DNA of 64,000 bases from Octopus sinensis (taxonomy: Eukaryota). The stretch is from NCBI RefSeq assembly GCF_006345805.1, contig NC_043008.1:61442001-61506000 (forward strand), given 5' to 3'. Both the position numbers and the translations under genes were made by a program. Each line of letters starts with the position of its first letter. The stretch's first letter is position 1. The notes beneath the pieces are model-generated. The model was given only the letters and a program-made list of their open reading frames with translations, made no database searches and was not told the origin of the DNA. Of the stretch, positions 13,167 to 26,703 are shown piece by piece.

Positions 13167-13215
13167 TTCACTTGACCGGTTTCACTTCTTTAGAAAAAAG
13201 ATTGTCAAAAGTAAA
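13167..13215 (-). ncRNA. Type I hammerhead-like motif with U3-A8 core
   Basis: Minus strand TTTACTT-TTGACAA-T(CTTTTTT ct AAAGAAG)T-GAAA-CCGG-TC-AAGTGAA, immediately followed by AATAAA. Confidence 0.55.
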
Positions 13216-13729
13216 ATGTAAAGCTTTGTATAAGCTTTGTTGTGTTAAGTACCGGTTGTCACAAAAGTATTAAAATACATATATACATTCTTTGATAATA
13301 ATAAGAAAATGTTAAAAATAGTTTACAAGGAAATACCTTGAGAAAATATTAAACAAAAAGTATTAGGAATTCAAAATAAATATTAGGAGTTCAATAAAAA
13401 TCATATTTGGTAATACATATATTCATACAAGGAGTTATATTTAGGAGTTTACAAAGAATTTTAGATGAACTTACCTAAAATGCTAAAACAGGTCCGTTCA
13501 TCTCAAATTATAAGGTATAAATAAGGGCAAAAGAAAAAATTTCTATGCCAATATGCTGAGAAACAGACTTTAAATCGTCAATCACCACATACAATATACT
13601 TCACTATGAAAACACGTTCTAGCATAGAATTTTTTTCTTTTGCCCTTATTTATAATTGTTTATAATATTCACATTTGAATGTATTTTAATATGCTGGCGA
13701 CTTCATGAAATTTTTGAAAAAAATTTTAT

Positions 13730-13780
<51 letters not shown>

Positions 13781-14092
13781 TTATACCTACTTGCACGTGT
13801 GTATGTACATGAGTTACCTCGTTGAAATGTATGTAAAGTCTCCTTGGATTGCTAATGCTCTGTCCGTTCAAGCAAATTTGCTTAGCCGTTTGGTAAATGG
13901 AAACCCATAAGTGATGTACCAGACTGAAACGATACTCGAAAATTATGCATGTATCCCACTATGATCTCAAATTAATGAGAGTAATCATTAATTAAAAATA
14001 TTTATAAAAGAATCAAATAATACATATAAGAAATAAAATAATATAATTAATATATAGATAATATATATTAATATAAATGTATAATAATACAC

Positions 14093-14132
<40 letters not shown>

Positions 14133-15802
14133 ACACACACACATATATATATATAAATGATGTCTGAGATGATAAAGCACGCGGAAGTGGGTGGCGTATC
14201 TTATTTAATTTAATTATTTTTCTTTTAGCGCATATCAACAGTCGTAAGGATTCTTTAGACAAAATCTGATTTCCTTACACATCATTTATATTCTTCTCCA
14301 AGACAATTCTTGGTGACTACTAAATGTTTGACAAAAAAAAAAAAAAAGATAAATCCCGAAACACACAACAATCGTATTAATATATTCGATCGTATGAGAC
14401 ATTTTGCTTAGTTTCACAGTTTGCTGAAATTCAAATTTTCCATCACGCTTTCGAATATAGCGTTTTTTGATGAACAAAAAACTGTAAACTCATTTAGCTA
14501 CCACTTTAATTATTTGTAACCACTGGAAGTTATATTAATATGAGAAATATAAAGTATTAATGCTTCTTACTCAAGATCATTTAAAACATTACGTAAACCG
14601 AATGAAGGAAAATAGTTACAAGGCAGAGGAGTTATAAAAATCAAAACAATTAACACTCTATAATCTTTGGAAGGAAATGAAATAGTAGATGTTGATGTCT
14701 TAACTATACGGTAAGTTCTAAGTATACTGTAGTTTTAAGCATACTGCGAATAACAAACAAGGCATTGTTATAACCAGAAATGGTAACGTGTAGTGGTTCG
14801 CAGTTCTATTTGATGATGGTTGTCTAAGTGAAGGTCTAAACAACATCAAAGTAAACTCTTCATTAACATATCTTATTCTCAGGCTTATTAGACATTCTTG
14901 CTTCTTGATATTGATGCAGAACAGTGTATACATCGTGTGGTCTATTAGAATTCTTAGTACCATATGGTATTATTAAATATAGAGATTAATATGTAAAAAG
15001 CCCAAAGAAATATATACAAGGCGTTTCAATTTGATTGACTGAATGAATCATGTTTTAAACCGAAAATGTGTGAAATTGAGTTACTTGTTAATTACGTTCA
15101 TTATCTTTTATTTCACATGAAATCACCTCAGTTATTTAACCCTATTTCATGTTGCATTGCGTCATTTATCATTCTACCTGCCAATATATTCACGCGGATA
15201 ATTGGATGTACCACGGAAGTATGTATTTCTTTTTTTGAATTTTAGCATGATTTATCAATTTAATTTAAAGATAAACGCTGAATAGATTTCTTACCTTTAT
15301 ACCTGTTTCTGTCAAATGTTTGAATTTAAAGAATTTACTGAGAGCAGCAGAAATTTCTCCAAATTTGAATCAGTAAAACACTTACATCTGTTTTATTTTG
15401 TTTCAGCTTCATTGATGAAAATATTTATTCATATCTACACATCGTTTCAATGTGTTATATATGTAACTCTGTACAAATTTAATAATTCTGGAAAATTTGC
15501 ACGTGCTAATGACGACATAAGGAACAGAATATCTCATCAAATAATATTTTCAAGAATAAATTCGTTTAGAAGTCAACATATACAATTTCTATATCTATTT
15601 ATTTCTTACCAAAATGGAAATATGTTTAAACTGGTTGCAGCCATCATTTTCATCAAAATTCTGAAAACGATTCTCACATGACTCTTGTAAGAATAAAATA
15701 AATTTTCAACATCATTTGTAAAACTGACATATACCAGTGTATATTCACTGGGCGCATTTAGTTCGGGAACTAATTCAAATATCAATATTCTATCAAAGAA
15801 AA

Positions 15803-16208
15803 AGGCTGTGAGGTGACAGAATTGTTATCGAGGTGAGAGAAATGCTTGATGGCATTTCGTGCATCTTTCAAAATCCAATGAAATCGACTTTGTCTTTCTC
15901 GGGGTCGATAAAATAAATACGATTTGAGCGCTGCGGTCGATGTAATCGAATTACCCCATCCCCGAAATTGCTGGCCTTTTACTAAAATTTGAAATCCTAA
16001 CAAAGAAAAGGCGACAGAACAGTTAGCAAGACCCGGCAAAATGCTTAACGGTATTTAGTACCTCTTTATGTTTCAAGTTCTGTTTCCACGTAGGTATATT
16101 TTGCCTTTTATCATATCGAAGTCGATAAAATAAATACTAGTTCAACACTGAGGTCGATGTAATCGACTTATCCGCTTCTCCCAAATTACTAGCCTTGTGC
16201 CAAAATTA
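15803..16208 (+). mobile_element. Two adjacent diverged copies of SINE family D
   Basis: Both copies contain aaatgctt...ggtcgataaaataaatac...actg(c/a)ggtcgatgtaatcga...aaattgctggcctt. Same family at 35667 and 62891. Confidence 0.7.
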
Positions 16209-17731
16209 ATATTCTATTAAAGACTCAGTTAGTTTCAATTCTACCTTCAATGCATTAATATCATTTCATAAGCAAAGAATATGTTCATGCTAAATATTTC
16301 ACAGCTTTAGTAACAGATGTAACAAGTTACATCAAATAAATATTGCTGAATCCAAAAACCTGTTATTCATACATAGCAGAAACTTTTCTTCGAGTTTGGT
16401 TTTACTTCGTGTTTTAGTTTATGCACAATATATGTCAGTTTTCAAGACCTTCTGGAAATTTATTTTCTGAAAATTCAGTATATATCCCATTCAAAGACAA
16501 AAATGTACAGCAAATATATAACACGTTTTTGACTTTCTCTCAGTATTCAATGTTTTATTTTTTCCAAATCATTCCACATAATTAGTTAAACGAATTTGTT
16601 GCAATCTATATATTTCCCACAAAATAACACGAGGTATAATACACGGTATCTTAGAAGGAGTCCACTTAAATATTTTCAAACAGAACTGTAGCTCCAGTAT
16701 ATTTACTGATCATCTACGGAGTTCTGTTAATACATGCCTGTATGTGCATGCGTATGTGTGTGTGTCTATGTATAATATATATATGTATATAAATATATAT
16801 GCATATACATCTGAGTAAATATGTGTGTGTTTGAGTGTGTGTTTGTGTATGTGTATGTATATATATATATGTATATAACTATATATGCATATACATATGT
16901 GTATATATATGTGTGAGTGCGTTTGTGCATATTTGAACTTATTGTGGATTTTCGAGATGTGCCTTTAATTTGTCAGCTATATCTGATTATTTTGTCTATT
17001 GGTCTTCAATAAATCGAACCGACGCTAGAAAATTTTTTCCGACTCGTTCAAGATTCGTCCAAATATAAATATAGTAGAAAGAAAAAAAATGCGTTTCGTT
17101 TGATCAAATACCCCACAAGAGAATCTGGATTACGTCTATATATTAAGTGACTTGACAGAAATCATTCTATTTTTCTCCGACTTTTCATCTCAGAGATATC
17201 CGGCAAGTGTACGGCGTCAAAGCCTGAAACATTCTTTGCCATCAAAGAAAGTTATCTGCTTTCTAGCGAAATCCAAATCAATTTCATAGAAAGCGTTTGT
17301 CACGCCAGTTTGACTCCAACATCTTCAATAAATATATTGCTCGTCCTTTTGACATCATCCAATTGCCTTAATCACAAATTATTAGCATAAAGGAACAACA
17401 GATTCACACTTCATATGTCTTTATTTATTTTTAAAGCAATGTTATGTTTATGTCTATCAATATATTGCCTTCTGTTACGTTATAAACCCTCTTCACCATC
17501 AATGTTCCTCAGTGTCTTGAAAGACATTACATATATACACAAATATGGTATATACACGCTAATATAGAAGTGTGTGAATGAGTATCAACACAGCATTGGT
17601 GGATAAATATTATTTGTTTGTGGATCAACAAGGCAACCGGAGGTTTCATGTGAATAGATTTTCACAATTGTTGAAACGTATTGCATGGTAATACTGCTAC
17701 TTTTCGAGTGTACCTTTGGTTAATCTCATCG

Positions 17732-17791
<60 letters not shown>

Positions 17792-17839
17792 TGATAGATA
17801 GATAGATAGACATAGATGAATATATAGGCTACAATTCCT

Positions 17840-18430
17840 GAGATCCATGGACGAGGTCTCTCCAGTGGTCTTTGTCCCTCATCATCGATGCTATGAGACA
17901 CCGGTGGCTGTCCTTAGGGCATAAATATACGTCATCCTTGGTCTCACTCTTCTGGTGTGTTCTTGTAGTGGTTCCCACAGAGGAGCACAGGATGCAGTAT
18001 CAACTCTAAATGGCGGTGAGCATGTCCAGCTAACCGCAATCTCCTCTGTGTTGTTTTCGAGATAACTATTGAGAGGTTCTCGTACGTCTCTGAGTTCTTT
18101 ATCCTCAGTGTATACCGATTAATTTTCAGAGCCATCCTCAGCATTCTCGTGTAGCACCCATTCACCATGTGAGTCAGTCTTTTGGTCAGTGTTCAAGTCA
18201 CAGACACGTACAACAGCACAGACTCCACTGCAGTATCGAAGAGACGGATCTTTTTACGAAGGTCTGACATCCATACAGATCTCAAACTGTGGTATGCCAC
18301 CCACGCCTTGCTCTTCATTTCAGCTATATCACCCTCTATTTTCGCGATCTTTGCTCTCAGATACAGCAACACTAGTGACTTCCCGACTAATTCCCAATCT
18401 TCTCTGGCTACTGAATATTCTCTATCAGAT
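17840..18430 (-). mobile_element. RTE-clade LINE 3' fragment (RT C-terminus), decayed
   Basis: Peptides KAWVAYHSLRSVWMSDLRKKIRLFDTAVESVLLY, NGCYTRMLRMALKI and QRRLRLAGHAHRH are typical of RTE ORF2. Confidence 0.8.
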
Positions 18431-18562
18431 ACTTCGACTTAATTTCATTCATTTTCAGCGCCACACTAATCGACACAGTCTCCCCCTCCTGCAACACCTC
18501 CTCTGCCTACTTGTAAGTCTTTGGAATGCTGTACACCTTTGGAATGCATAGCCATAATAGGT

Positions 18563-18627
18563 TACTCTTTTTTACTCTTTTACTTGTTTCAGTCATTTGA
18601 CTGCGGCCATGCTGGAGCACCGCCTTT
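18563..18627 (-). mobile_element. SINE family A 3' tail only
   Basis: tactcttttacttgtttcagtcatttgactgcggccatgctggagcaccgcc. Confidence 0.8.
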
Positions 18628-18699
18628 TAAATATATTCACACTTCATATTTTATTGCATAAATATTAGGTTATTGCATAAATATTATACAGTTGATTGA

Positions 18700-19480
18700 G
18701 AATCAGCAGCCTCATCATCGAGTGACCGAGATCTGCAGCCACCACTTTCGGCTGGTTTGATTCATTGTAATTTCATTGAACCCTTATTGATATCTAACAT
18801 ATGCAAAACACCAAACGATTTTAAATGTCTAAAATAGTGCATTTTTATTCTTTAAAACTACTAATTTAAAAAAAAAACCTTCATACCTAGTGTTTTCCCA
18901 AAAGACGTCATCCAGACAAAATCTATGCTGGACGTCTTTCGCATCCATGTGAATACTTATTTCATTTTCTTTGGAAACAATTAAGACTCATTCAGTTTAT
19001 CGGCGATATTAGGAAATGTAACTCCCTGTCTAATGATTTTCTATCCTATGTTATTTTTTTATGACTTCTGCACTCACAGCGGCGTACATGCCAATATTGA
19101 CAATGAACTGCAGGAAAAATATCACCGCGAATGATTTGGTTTTATTGCATTGCATTAGCTCCTGCATCATAATATCTGTCTCTGGATACTTGGGTCTCAC
19201 ATTATTTCATTTTGCCGTGTAACCCACATCTTACAGAGCATTAATTGGTCACATCCTTCAGACAAGAAAATATAATATTCTGTAAAGGATTGCTATCCTA
19301 TCTTTCTGCACACTGGAAATTCTCTATTCATACAAAAGATATGGAGAAAGGGCGATAGCTAAATTGCTTTCAAAATCGCTAAAATGAACGCTTACTAAAA
19401 TATCTGGGGAAAGAAAGTGCGCTAAACCACTTTCACAGCCACTGAAATAGCCGTTCTGTAAAATGCCTGCTACATTGTAG
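18700..19480 (-). pseudogene. Probable heavily decayed hAT (ZMYM1/Tip100-like) transposase remnant
   Basis: Scattered minus-strand peptides AHFLSPDI, LAIAL and RDRYYDAGANAM resemble the YLSPEIQN, EQLSIVLRY and RGQCYDGAANM motifs in the expected order. Many stops and frameshifts. Confidence 0.4.
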
Positions 19481-20159
19481 TTGTTGCTGTTGTTGTTAAC
19501 TTGTGTATTCGCTGCAAACGTTTAAGTCATCGATATGAATTTTATTTCCTCCAGAGTTGTTTTCCCTTCACAAGTGTAATATTTTTCAATGATGATACCG
19601 TTGTTTATTATTCTCCGTTTTCTACATTTTCCTTTTTCAATTTGTTAATGATTTGTATTCCACAAATGTTTTGCTACAGGGCATGTTCAATGGTTTGGAT
19701 TTCTCTCAACTCGTCTCTTCTCCCTACTCCATTACAAAAATGCATGATGATATGTAGCCAACAGAAGCAATTAAAGGAAAAGTGTGCAAATATATCTTTC
19801 TCATCAACCAGGAAAGGAACGAAGTAACTGGAACCTAAATTCGCATATTTCCGCGCAATAAGATACAAATACAATCAGCAACAAAATATAATTCGAAACA
19901 AAAACAAGAATAAAGCCGTCTTGCCACAGTAAGGACGAAATATCAGCAATCTTAACGATAAAAACAACGACGATGACGACGATGATAACAATTTCAAAAT
20001 CCAGCAGAAGGCTACACATTTCGTAATATAGATTAAGTCGATTAACTCTATGTTGTTACTTGCACAATGTTGTTACTTGCACCTTTCAGTGCTAAAAGAA
20101 GGAGGAAAAGAAAAATTATTTACTCGTAAATTTATAGTCTGAATGTGAAGTCACATGCT

Positions 20160-20402
20160 CTCTTTTACTCATTTACTCTTTTACTTGTTTCAGTCATTTG
20201 ACTGCGGCCATGCTGGAGCACCGCTTTTAGTCGAGCGAATCGACCCCAGGACTTATTCTTTGGAAGCATAGTACTTATTCTATCAGTCTCTTTTGCCGAA
20301 CCGCTCAGTTACGGGGACGTGAACACACCACGATCGGTTGTCAAGTGATGTTGGGGGGACAAACACAGACATACAAACATACACATACATACATACATAC
20401 AT

Positions 20403-20440
<38 letters not shown>

Positions 20441-20923
20441 GGAGGCGCAATGGCCCAGTGGTTAGGGCAGCGGACTTGCGGTCGTAGGATCGCAGTTTCA
20501 ATTCCCATACCAGGCGTTGTGAGTGTTTATTGAGCGAAAACACCTAAAGCTCCATGAGGCTCCGGCAGGGGGTGGTGGCAATCCCTGCTGTACTCTTTCA
20601 CCACAACTTTCACTCTTTCTTCTGTTGGCCTGCTCGCTTAGCCAGGTGGGTGCCGTCATTTGAACGCTAAAACAATGCGAAGGGGCATTGTGACCAGCGA
20701 TGTGTAGTAACATATGATAGCCTGGTCAGTCACGGTGATCACAGTGATATATACATACATATATGCGACGGGCTTCTTTCAGTTTCCGTCTACCAAATCC
20801 ACTCACAAGGCTTTGGTCGGCCCGAGGCTATAGTAGAAGACACTTGCCCAAGTTGCCAAGCAGTGGGAATGAACCCGGAACCATGTGGTTAGTATGCAGG
20901 CTACTTACCACTCAGTCAATCCT
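20160..20923 (-). mobile_element. SINE family A, full length, split by a nested SINE
   Basis: 3' half at 20160-20400 and 5' half at 20766-20923, both on the minus strand. Confidence 0.85.
20441..20749 (+). mobile_element. tRNA-derived SINE family B (tail type 1), nested in the family A microsatellite
   Basis: ggaggcgcaatggcccagtggttagggcagcgg (A box)...gtttcaattccc (B box); ends cacggtgatcacagtgata. Confidence 0.85.
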
Positions 20924-21325
20924 AATCTCAAACATTTGGTATTTTGCGTAACGGATTCTAACAACACAGAAGAACACATGAATTCCAGTTTTGACCGGAT
21001 TAAGCAATACTATATACATCACATTGGATATAATGTTTACTAACAGCGTTCGATTCTTGAGTTTGTGGTTTTAGATTACACATACGGCATTTTAGGAAAA
21101 TGTCTTCATCTGCTGATGTCTTCAGAGTGAAACGATACAGATAAGATGATTGAGGAATCCCGTAGGAAGAGCTGTTTCTATTTTAGGATGAAACATTTAA
21201 TCCGTCCTTTGGCTCAATGTCATCAACTTACCACTGCTAGTCTTTTGGCAGAAAGGACATCATAGAAATTATTTTGATCAGATCCTGAAACTAAAAGAAT
21301 TCTCCTTTCCTCACATGATATTTTT

Positions 21326-21666
21326 GGTGAAGGCGCATGGCTCAGTGGTTAGAGCGTGGATCCTACGGTCGTGAGGTTGTGAGCTCGAATCCCGGTCCGG
21401 GCTGCCTGTTGTGTTCTTGAGCAAGATACTTTATTTCACGTTGCTCTTGTTCACTCAGCTGTAGAAATGAGTTGCGACTTCACAGGTGCGAAGCTGTATT
21501 GGCCTCTTTGCTTTTCCCTTGGATAACACTGGTGGCGTGGAGAGAGGAAACCAGTACGCTTGGGCGACTGCTGGTCTTCCATAAACAACCTTGACCGGAC
21601 TTGTGCCTCGGATGGTAACATTCTAGGTGTAATTCCATGGTCTGTGTCGTGACCGAAGTGGGTCTC
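21326..21666 (+). mobile_element. tRNA-derived SINE family C
   Basis: ggcgcatggctcagtggttagagc...ctcgaatcccgg head and central gtgttcttgagcaagatactttatttcacgttgctc domain. Confidence 0.85.
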
Positions 21667-22665
21667 AGGACTATAAATATGCAAAGGGCAACGTTCCTCT
21701 AAATTTTAACTGAGCTATAGATGCGGAAATCATTAACAAGATATTGCAGCAAAATGTGTGACATATGTCATTTATTTATTTCTGTCCAGTGATTTACAGT
21801 AAATGTTTGCCAGACGATAAAATGTAAATGACGTTGGTATTTGTATGAAAAAATCTCGTTACGCAACAAGTCGTTTAATGAGATTTGCGAATATTTTTAC
21901 ACATTGCATTAACAATATCGTCAAGAGTATTGCTTTATGCAACACTTCCATAGGAAAAATTATATTTTAAAACGTAATTAATTCTCTTTACTGATTATTA
22001 AATTTTTCTACCAAAATACAAATAATTGATTTGTTTCTCTAAAGTCTAAGATAAATTTCAAAGATAGAAAATAAATCTCGCTCACTACAACCATATTATA
22101 TAAACGTATAGTTTTGCACATTGACTTCATATATAATCAGGAGAGCAGAAATAACATGAATATATTTGTTTCTATGAATATTCCTCATCAGACAAAAATG
22201 AGCTTGTCGTTACTTCGTGCATGCTTTATCGGCATCGGGATTATAAAAGCTAAGTCGTGATTTGAATTATGATACAATTTCAACTATGAACATAAATGCA
22301 TGTAAGTAAAAATCTACAGCGTTCTCTTTCCGGTGGTCTGGTGAGTCCACTAACAGAATGAATTACACTTGTTGCATATCGTTTCAGTTATACACCTGAT
22401 TTTTATATACATCCTTACATACATGCATCCTTACTTACTTACATACACGTACATGCAGACAATCACATGTATATATATACATGTAAGCATACAGACGTCT
22501 GTCTGAGTGTGTGTACGTATGCATAGGTATATGTGTATATGTATGTATAGTGATATATTTATGCTTGCGTAGCCTGATATATATACGACATATTTTGTAT
22601 GTGCGTAAAGTATGTGTAAGGTTTTATATCTATATGTATGTATATCGGTGCAGATATATATACGC

Positions 22666-22731
<66 letters not shown>

Positions 22732-22879
22732 TATAGATAAATAGATAGATAGATTGAGAGAGAGATAGAGAGATATACATACATGAGCGTGGGTGTATAT
22801 ATGTTTGTGACTATACCTAGGTAGCTATATATTTATACGGATGTATACATAAATACACATGTGCATATACGTTCATGTA

Positions 22880-23510
22880 TTCGGTCATCCCATAAATAAT
22901 GCGTTTTTTGTAGTTCTTTTATTTTCGAAATTAAGATAAGCAAAGTTCATATTTTAATCTAAAATATACTCTCCTCCATTTTGTACGATGTTCTTCCACC
23001 CCTCTGGAAGACTTGCAAAATTCTACCAAAATAACTTGTCCGTGAGGGAAAACACTCTCCCGGTATGTTTTGACCTCGTCTACAGAATTCCTTATTTTTT
23101 CCATCAAAATGATTTTGAAGACAGCAAAATAAATGATAATCAGATGGAGCAATATCCGGCGAATATGGTGGGTGGAACATTGTTTCCCATTCAAACATCT
23201 CCAGCGTTTGGAATGTCATCGTCGGTGTATGTGGCCGAGCATTATCCTAATGGAAGAACACCTTCCGTCTTTAAACCAAAGATGATCGCTTTTCTTCTAG
23301 CGCTGACTTAAGCCGCTGAAACTGCTTCCGGTAGATCTCATTTGTTGTCATTTGATTTGGGTTTAAAAGTTCATATTCGTATTGTTATTTAATTTATTTT
23401 GAACGCACGATATTTATATTTCTACACCAAAATTTCTACTTGTTCATTGTAACTTTCTAAAGGCGAATGTAGAGTAAATCGTTATTGACCATCTTACACG
23501 TCCTATCACA
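22880..23510 (-). mobile_element. Mariner transposon 3' fragment
   Basis: HPPYSPDIAPSDYHLF catalytic motif; TA plus TIR-like ttcggtcatcccataaataatgcg at the left edge. Confidence 0.85.
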
Positions 23511-23534
23511 TATTTTCTGATATTTCTTGTTATT

Positions 23535-24155
23535 CCTTCTTCTTCTTCTTCTTCTTCTTCTTCTTCTTCTTCTTCTTCTTCTTCTTCTTCTTCTTCTTCT
23601 TCTTCTTCTTTTGCTTATATTCCTTCTTCTTTCGCTTCTTTCTTTTCATCTCTCTCTTCTTTTTTCTTCTTTCTCTTCTTCTTTTCTTCTTTCTCTTATT
23701 CTTCCTCTTCTTTTCTTTCTCTTCTCTTCTTCTTCTTCCGCTTCTTCTTTTTTGTCTACTTCTTCTTTCTCTCCTTCTTTCTTTTCTTCTTTCTCTTCTT
23801 CTTCCTCTTCTTTTCTTTTTCTTATTCTTTATCTTCTTCTTTCTCTTCTTCTTCTTCTTCTTCTTCTTCCACTTCTTCTTTTTTCTCTACTTCTTCTTTC
23901 TCTACTTCTTCTTTCTCTCCTTCTTTCTCTTCTTGTTCTTCTTATTATTATTCTTTCTCTTCTTCTTATTTCTCTTTTCTTCTTCTTTCTGGTCTTCATC
24001 TTCGTCTTCCTTTTTTTCTTCTCAAACTTAACCTTCGTCTCTTTTTTCTTCTATCCTCTTCATTTATTTCTCCCCTTCTCCCTCCTTCTTTCTATTCTTT
24101 TTCATCGTTTCCTTTCCTTTCTCTGTCCTCTTCTTATTCTTCCTCTACTTCTTTA
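23535..24155. repeat. (CTT)n polypyrimidine tract
   Basis: Direct reading. Confidence 0.95.
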
Positions 24156-24621
24156 TCCAACAACCATACATCAATCAGCTTTCGCTTTGACATTGCATTT
24201 TCCCCTGACGTGACATGTTTTCATAATTTATTTCTTCCCAATATAAGCAAAACACAATGTGTGGCAGGCACACAATGAAAACGTGTACCTCTGATGTGAG
24301 TTTGAAGACGAACCTCGCTAATGTTTAACACTGCAAACATAAGATTAATCTTCACTCGGAACCCTTGCGTGAACTGGCTTTGAAAACAAAGTTGGCACAG
24401 AAACAATTGTAACTGGCCATTAACGAAGTGATAAAATCATCCTTTGCCTACTTATTTGGTGAATGTATAAATATAAATACATACACATACAAGCAATCAC
24501 ATGCACGAACGCACAAATGCAAATACAACCATACATACATACCTATATACACACACACACACATATATATATATACATAACTACACGTACACATTTATAT
24601 ATACTACATGTACACACACAC

Positions 24622-24697
<76 letters not shown>

Positions 24698-24739
24698 ATA
24701 ATATATATATATATATTATATATATATATATATATATAT

Positions 24740-25065
24740 TATTGTATTTCGGAATGGTCATTTTGCCAGTTTAGCCAATAAAAACACACGCACTATATAG
24801 TTGGTGTTATTTTTTTACATAGAGATATACGCATGCGCAAATGAAGACACACACAAAAGAAATATAAAATGGCTGACGGTTAGTAAGGAGAGACACAAAT
24901 AAGAAAAAAGAAAGCAAAGGACCATTGATGCGGTCACAGGAGTGTGACGAAAGAACTCTAGCCGAAATAGGATTAAGTTTAATATAAAAAATATATGACC
25001 ATTCCGAAATACAACAACATCTGTTTCAACAAACGACGTCGCATAAAAAATCTTGCACAACAAAT
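24740..25065 (+). mobile_element. Pseudo-LTR-like element, family X, with decayed HHR and an inverted 3'-end copy
   Basis: Body similar to 55090-55322. HHR-like GACCA-TTGATGC-GGTCAC..GTGAC-GAAA-GAAC-TC-TAGCC at 24920-24963. 24740-24812 is an inverted copy of the family 3' end. Confidence 0.55.
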
Positions 25066-25087
25066 ATATATATATATGTCTATATAT

Positions 25088-25258
25088 ACGACAGGATTCT
25101 TTCAGTTTCTATCTACCAAATCTATCCACAAGGTATTGGTCGGCACGAGGCTATAGTAGAAGGCAATCGCTCCAGTTGCTATATAGTGGGACTGAACCTG
25201 GGCCCAGAACCATGCCGTTGAGAAGCTAACTTTTTTCCATATTGCTACGCTTGTGCCT
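25088..25258 (-). mobile_element. SINE family A, 5' half
   Basis: cgacaggattctttcagtttctatctaccaaatc...gtgggactgaacc. Confidence 0.75.
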
Positions 25259-25282
25259 ATGTATCTATATCTATATACACTC

Positions 25283-25342
<60 letters not shown>

Positions 25343-26183
25343 ATATATGTATTAACTAAGAATAACAGTGCACGTGATCACTGAAACGTTAACTGAGCCA
25401 CAGGAAACCGATACCATTGATGTTCCATATTAAATAAATGTTGCAAATCGATGACTGTGAATAAGAAGCAGAGAATGGATATGGTTCTGACAGTCAAAGT
25501 TTATGGGAACGTGACACGGTTCTTTGGTTTGTGCAACGTTTTGGATATTAAAGTTAACGTATGTGATGACATGACGATAACTGTGAGACTTGAGGTGGCT
25601 AAGAGCAACCGTCTCGGGCTGTACAAATAGTTGCAGTAGCAGGAGAATCAGCGAAGGAGTAGTCTCGAACACTGCTGAGATTTAGGATATTAATATGGTG
25701 TTTAAACCGGGAAATGTCTACTGGTTCAAGGAAGATATTATCAGATGTTAGACCTAAAGAAGTGAAAGTACTGCGGATGAAAGAATGCTCGTATGGGTTA
25801 GTGTGAGACCGGTGGGGCCCAACAGAATACAGGAAAGATATTTGGGTCAAGAGTGTTTGTGTATACGTCGCAAAAGGCCGGACGGATGCAGATCGATGGT
25901 CTATTTTAGAAGTGATACAAAAAAGAACTACGGATAGAGGGTGTGCATGCGCTTCAGAGGATGATACAGTTCAGTATACAATTTATAATAAGCAGCCAAA
26001 CGTGAATGCAGGAAACTCATGATATTGCAGGCTGTAATGTTACTGTTCCGAATTATGTGTGCATATACTTATAAATACATACACACACACATGTACATAC
26101 ATATACGTATATATATATATATATATATATATACATGTGTAAGCATATATATGTATATATTTACATATGTATAAATGTATACA

Positions 26184-26241
<58 letters not shown>

Positions 26242-26663
26242 GAGAGAGACACATGCAGACACATATATATATATATATATGTGTGTGTATGTGTGTGTGT
26301 GTGTATAACATATAATCAAGTAGATGCAAAAAAATCACTCACATCATACACTTATCTATGCAAATATAAGAATTTAAAATACGCAATTCACATCAATATT
26401 AATATGTTATACGCGTTACTGAAGCATTTAGAATCACAAACTCACACTCATACACACACACGCGCACACACACACTCACACATATGCACGCAAACATACA
26501 TATATGTGAATATTTATTTAAATATACATACATATGTATATATGCAAAAAAATATACATGTGTATAACATGTATATGTGTATATATATACACACAAATAT
26601 ATGTACATATGCATATATATACATACATATATATATATATATATATAGATATATATATATATA

Positions 26664-26703
<40 letters not shown>

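Noticed and set aside
17645-17690. GTGAATA...GAAACGTA as another G3-type HHR
   Set aside because: Position 8 is not C and stems I and II do not pair convincingly.
20441-20515. tRNA-like sequences at SINE 5' ends (also 21326, 32139, 56639)
   Set aside because: A/B boxes are present, but the sequence continues into SINE bodies with no clean cloverleaf or terminator, so these are not tRNA genes.
25560-26010. Possible decayed Penelope GIY-YIG C-terminus on the minus strand
   Set aside because: Only vague resemblance; no catalytic motif can be read without an alignment.
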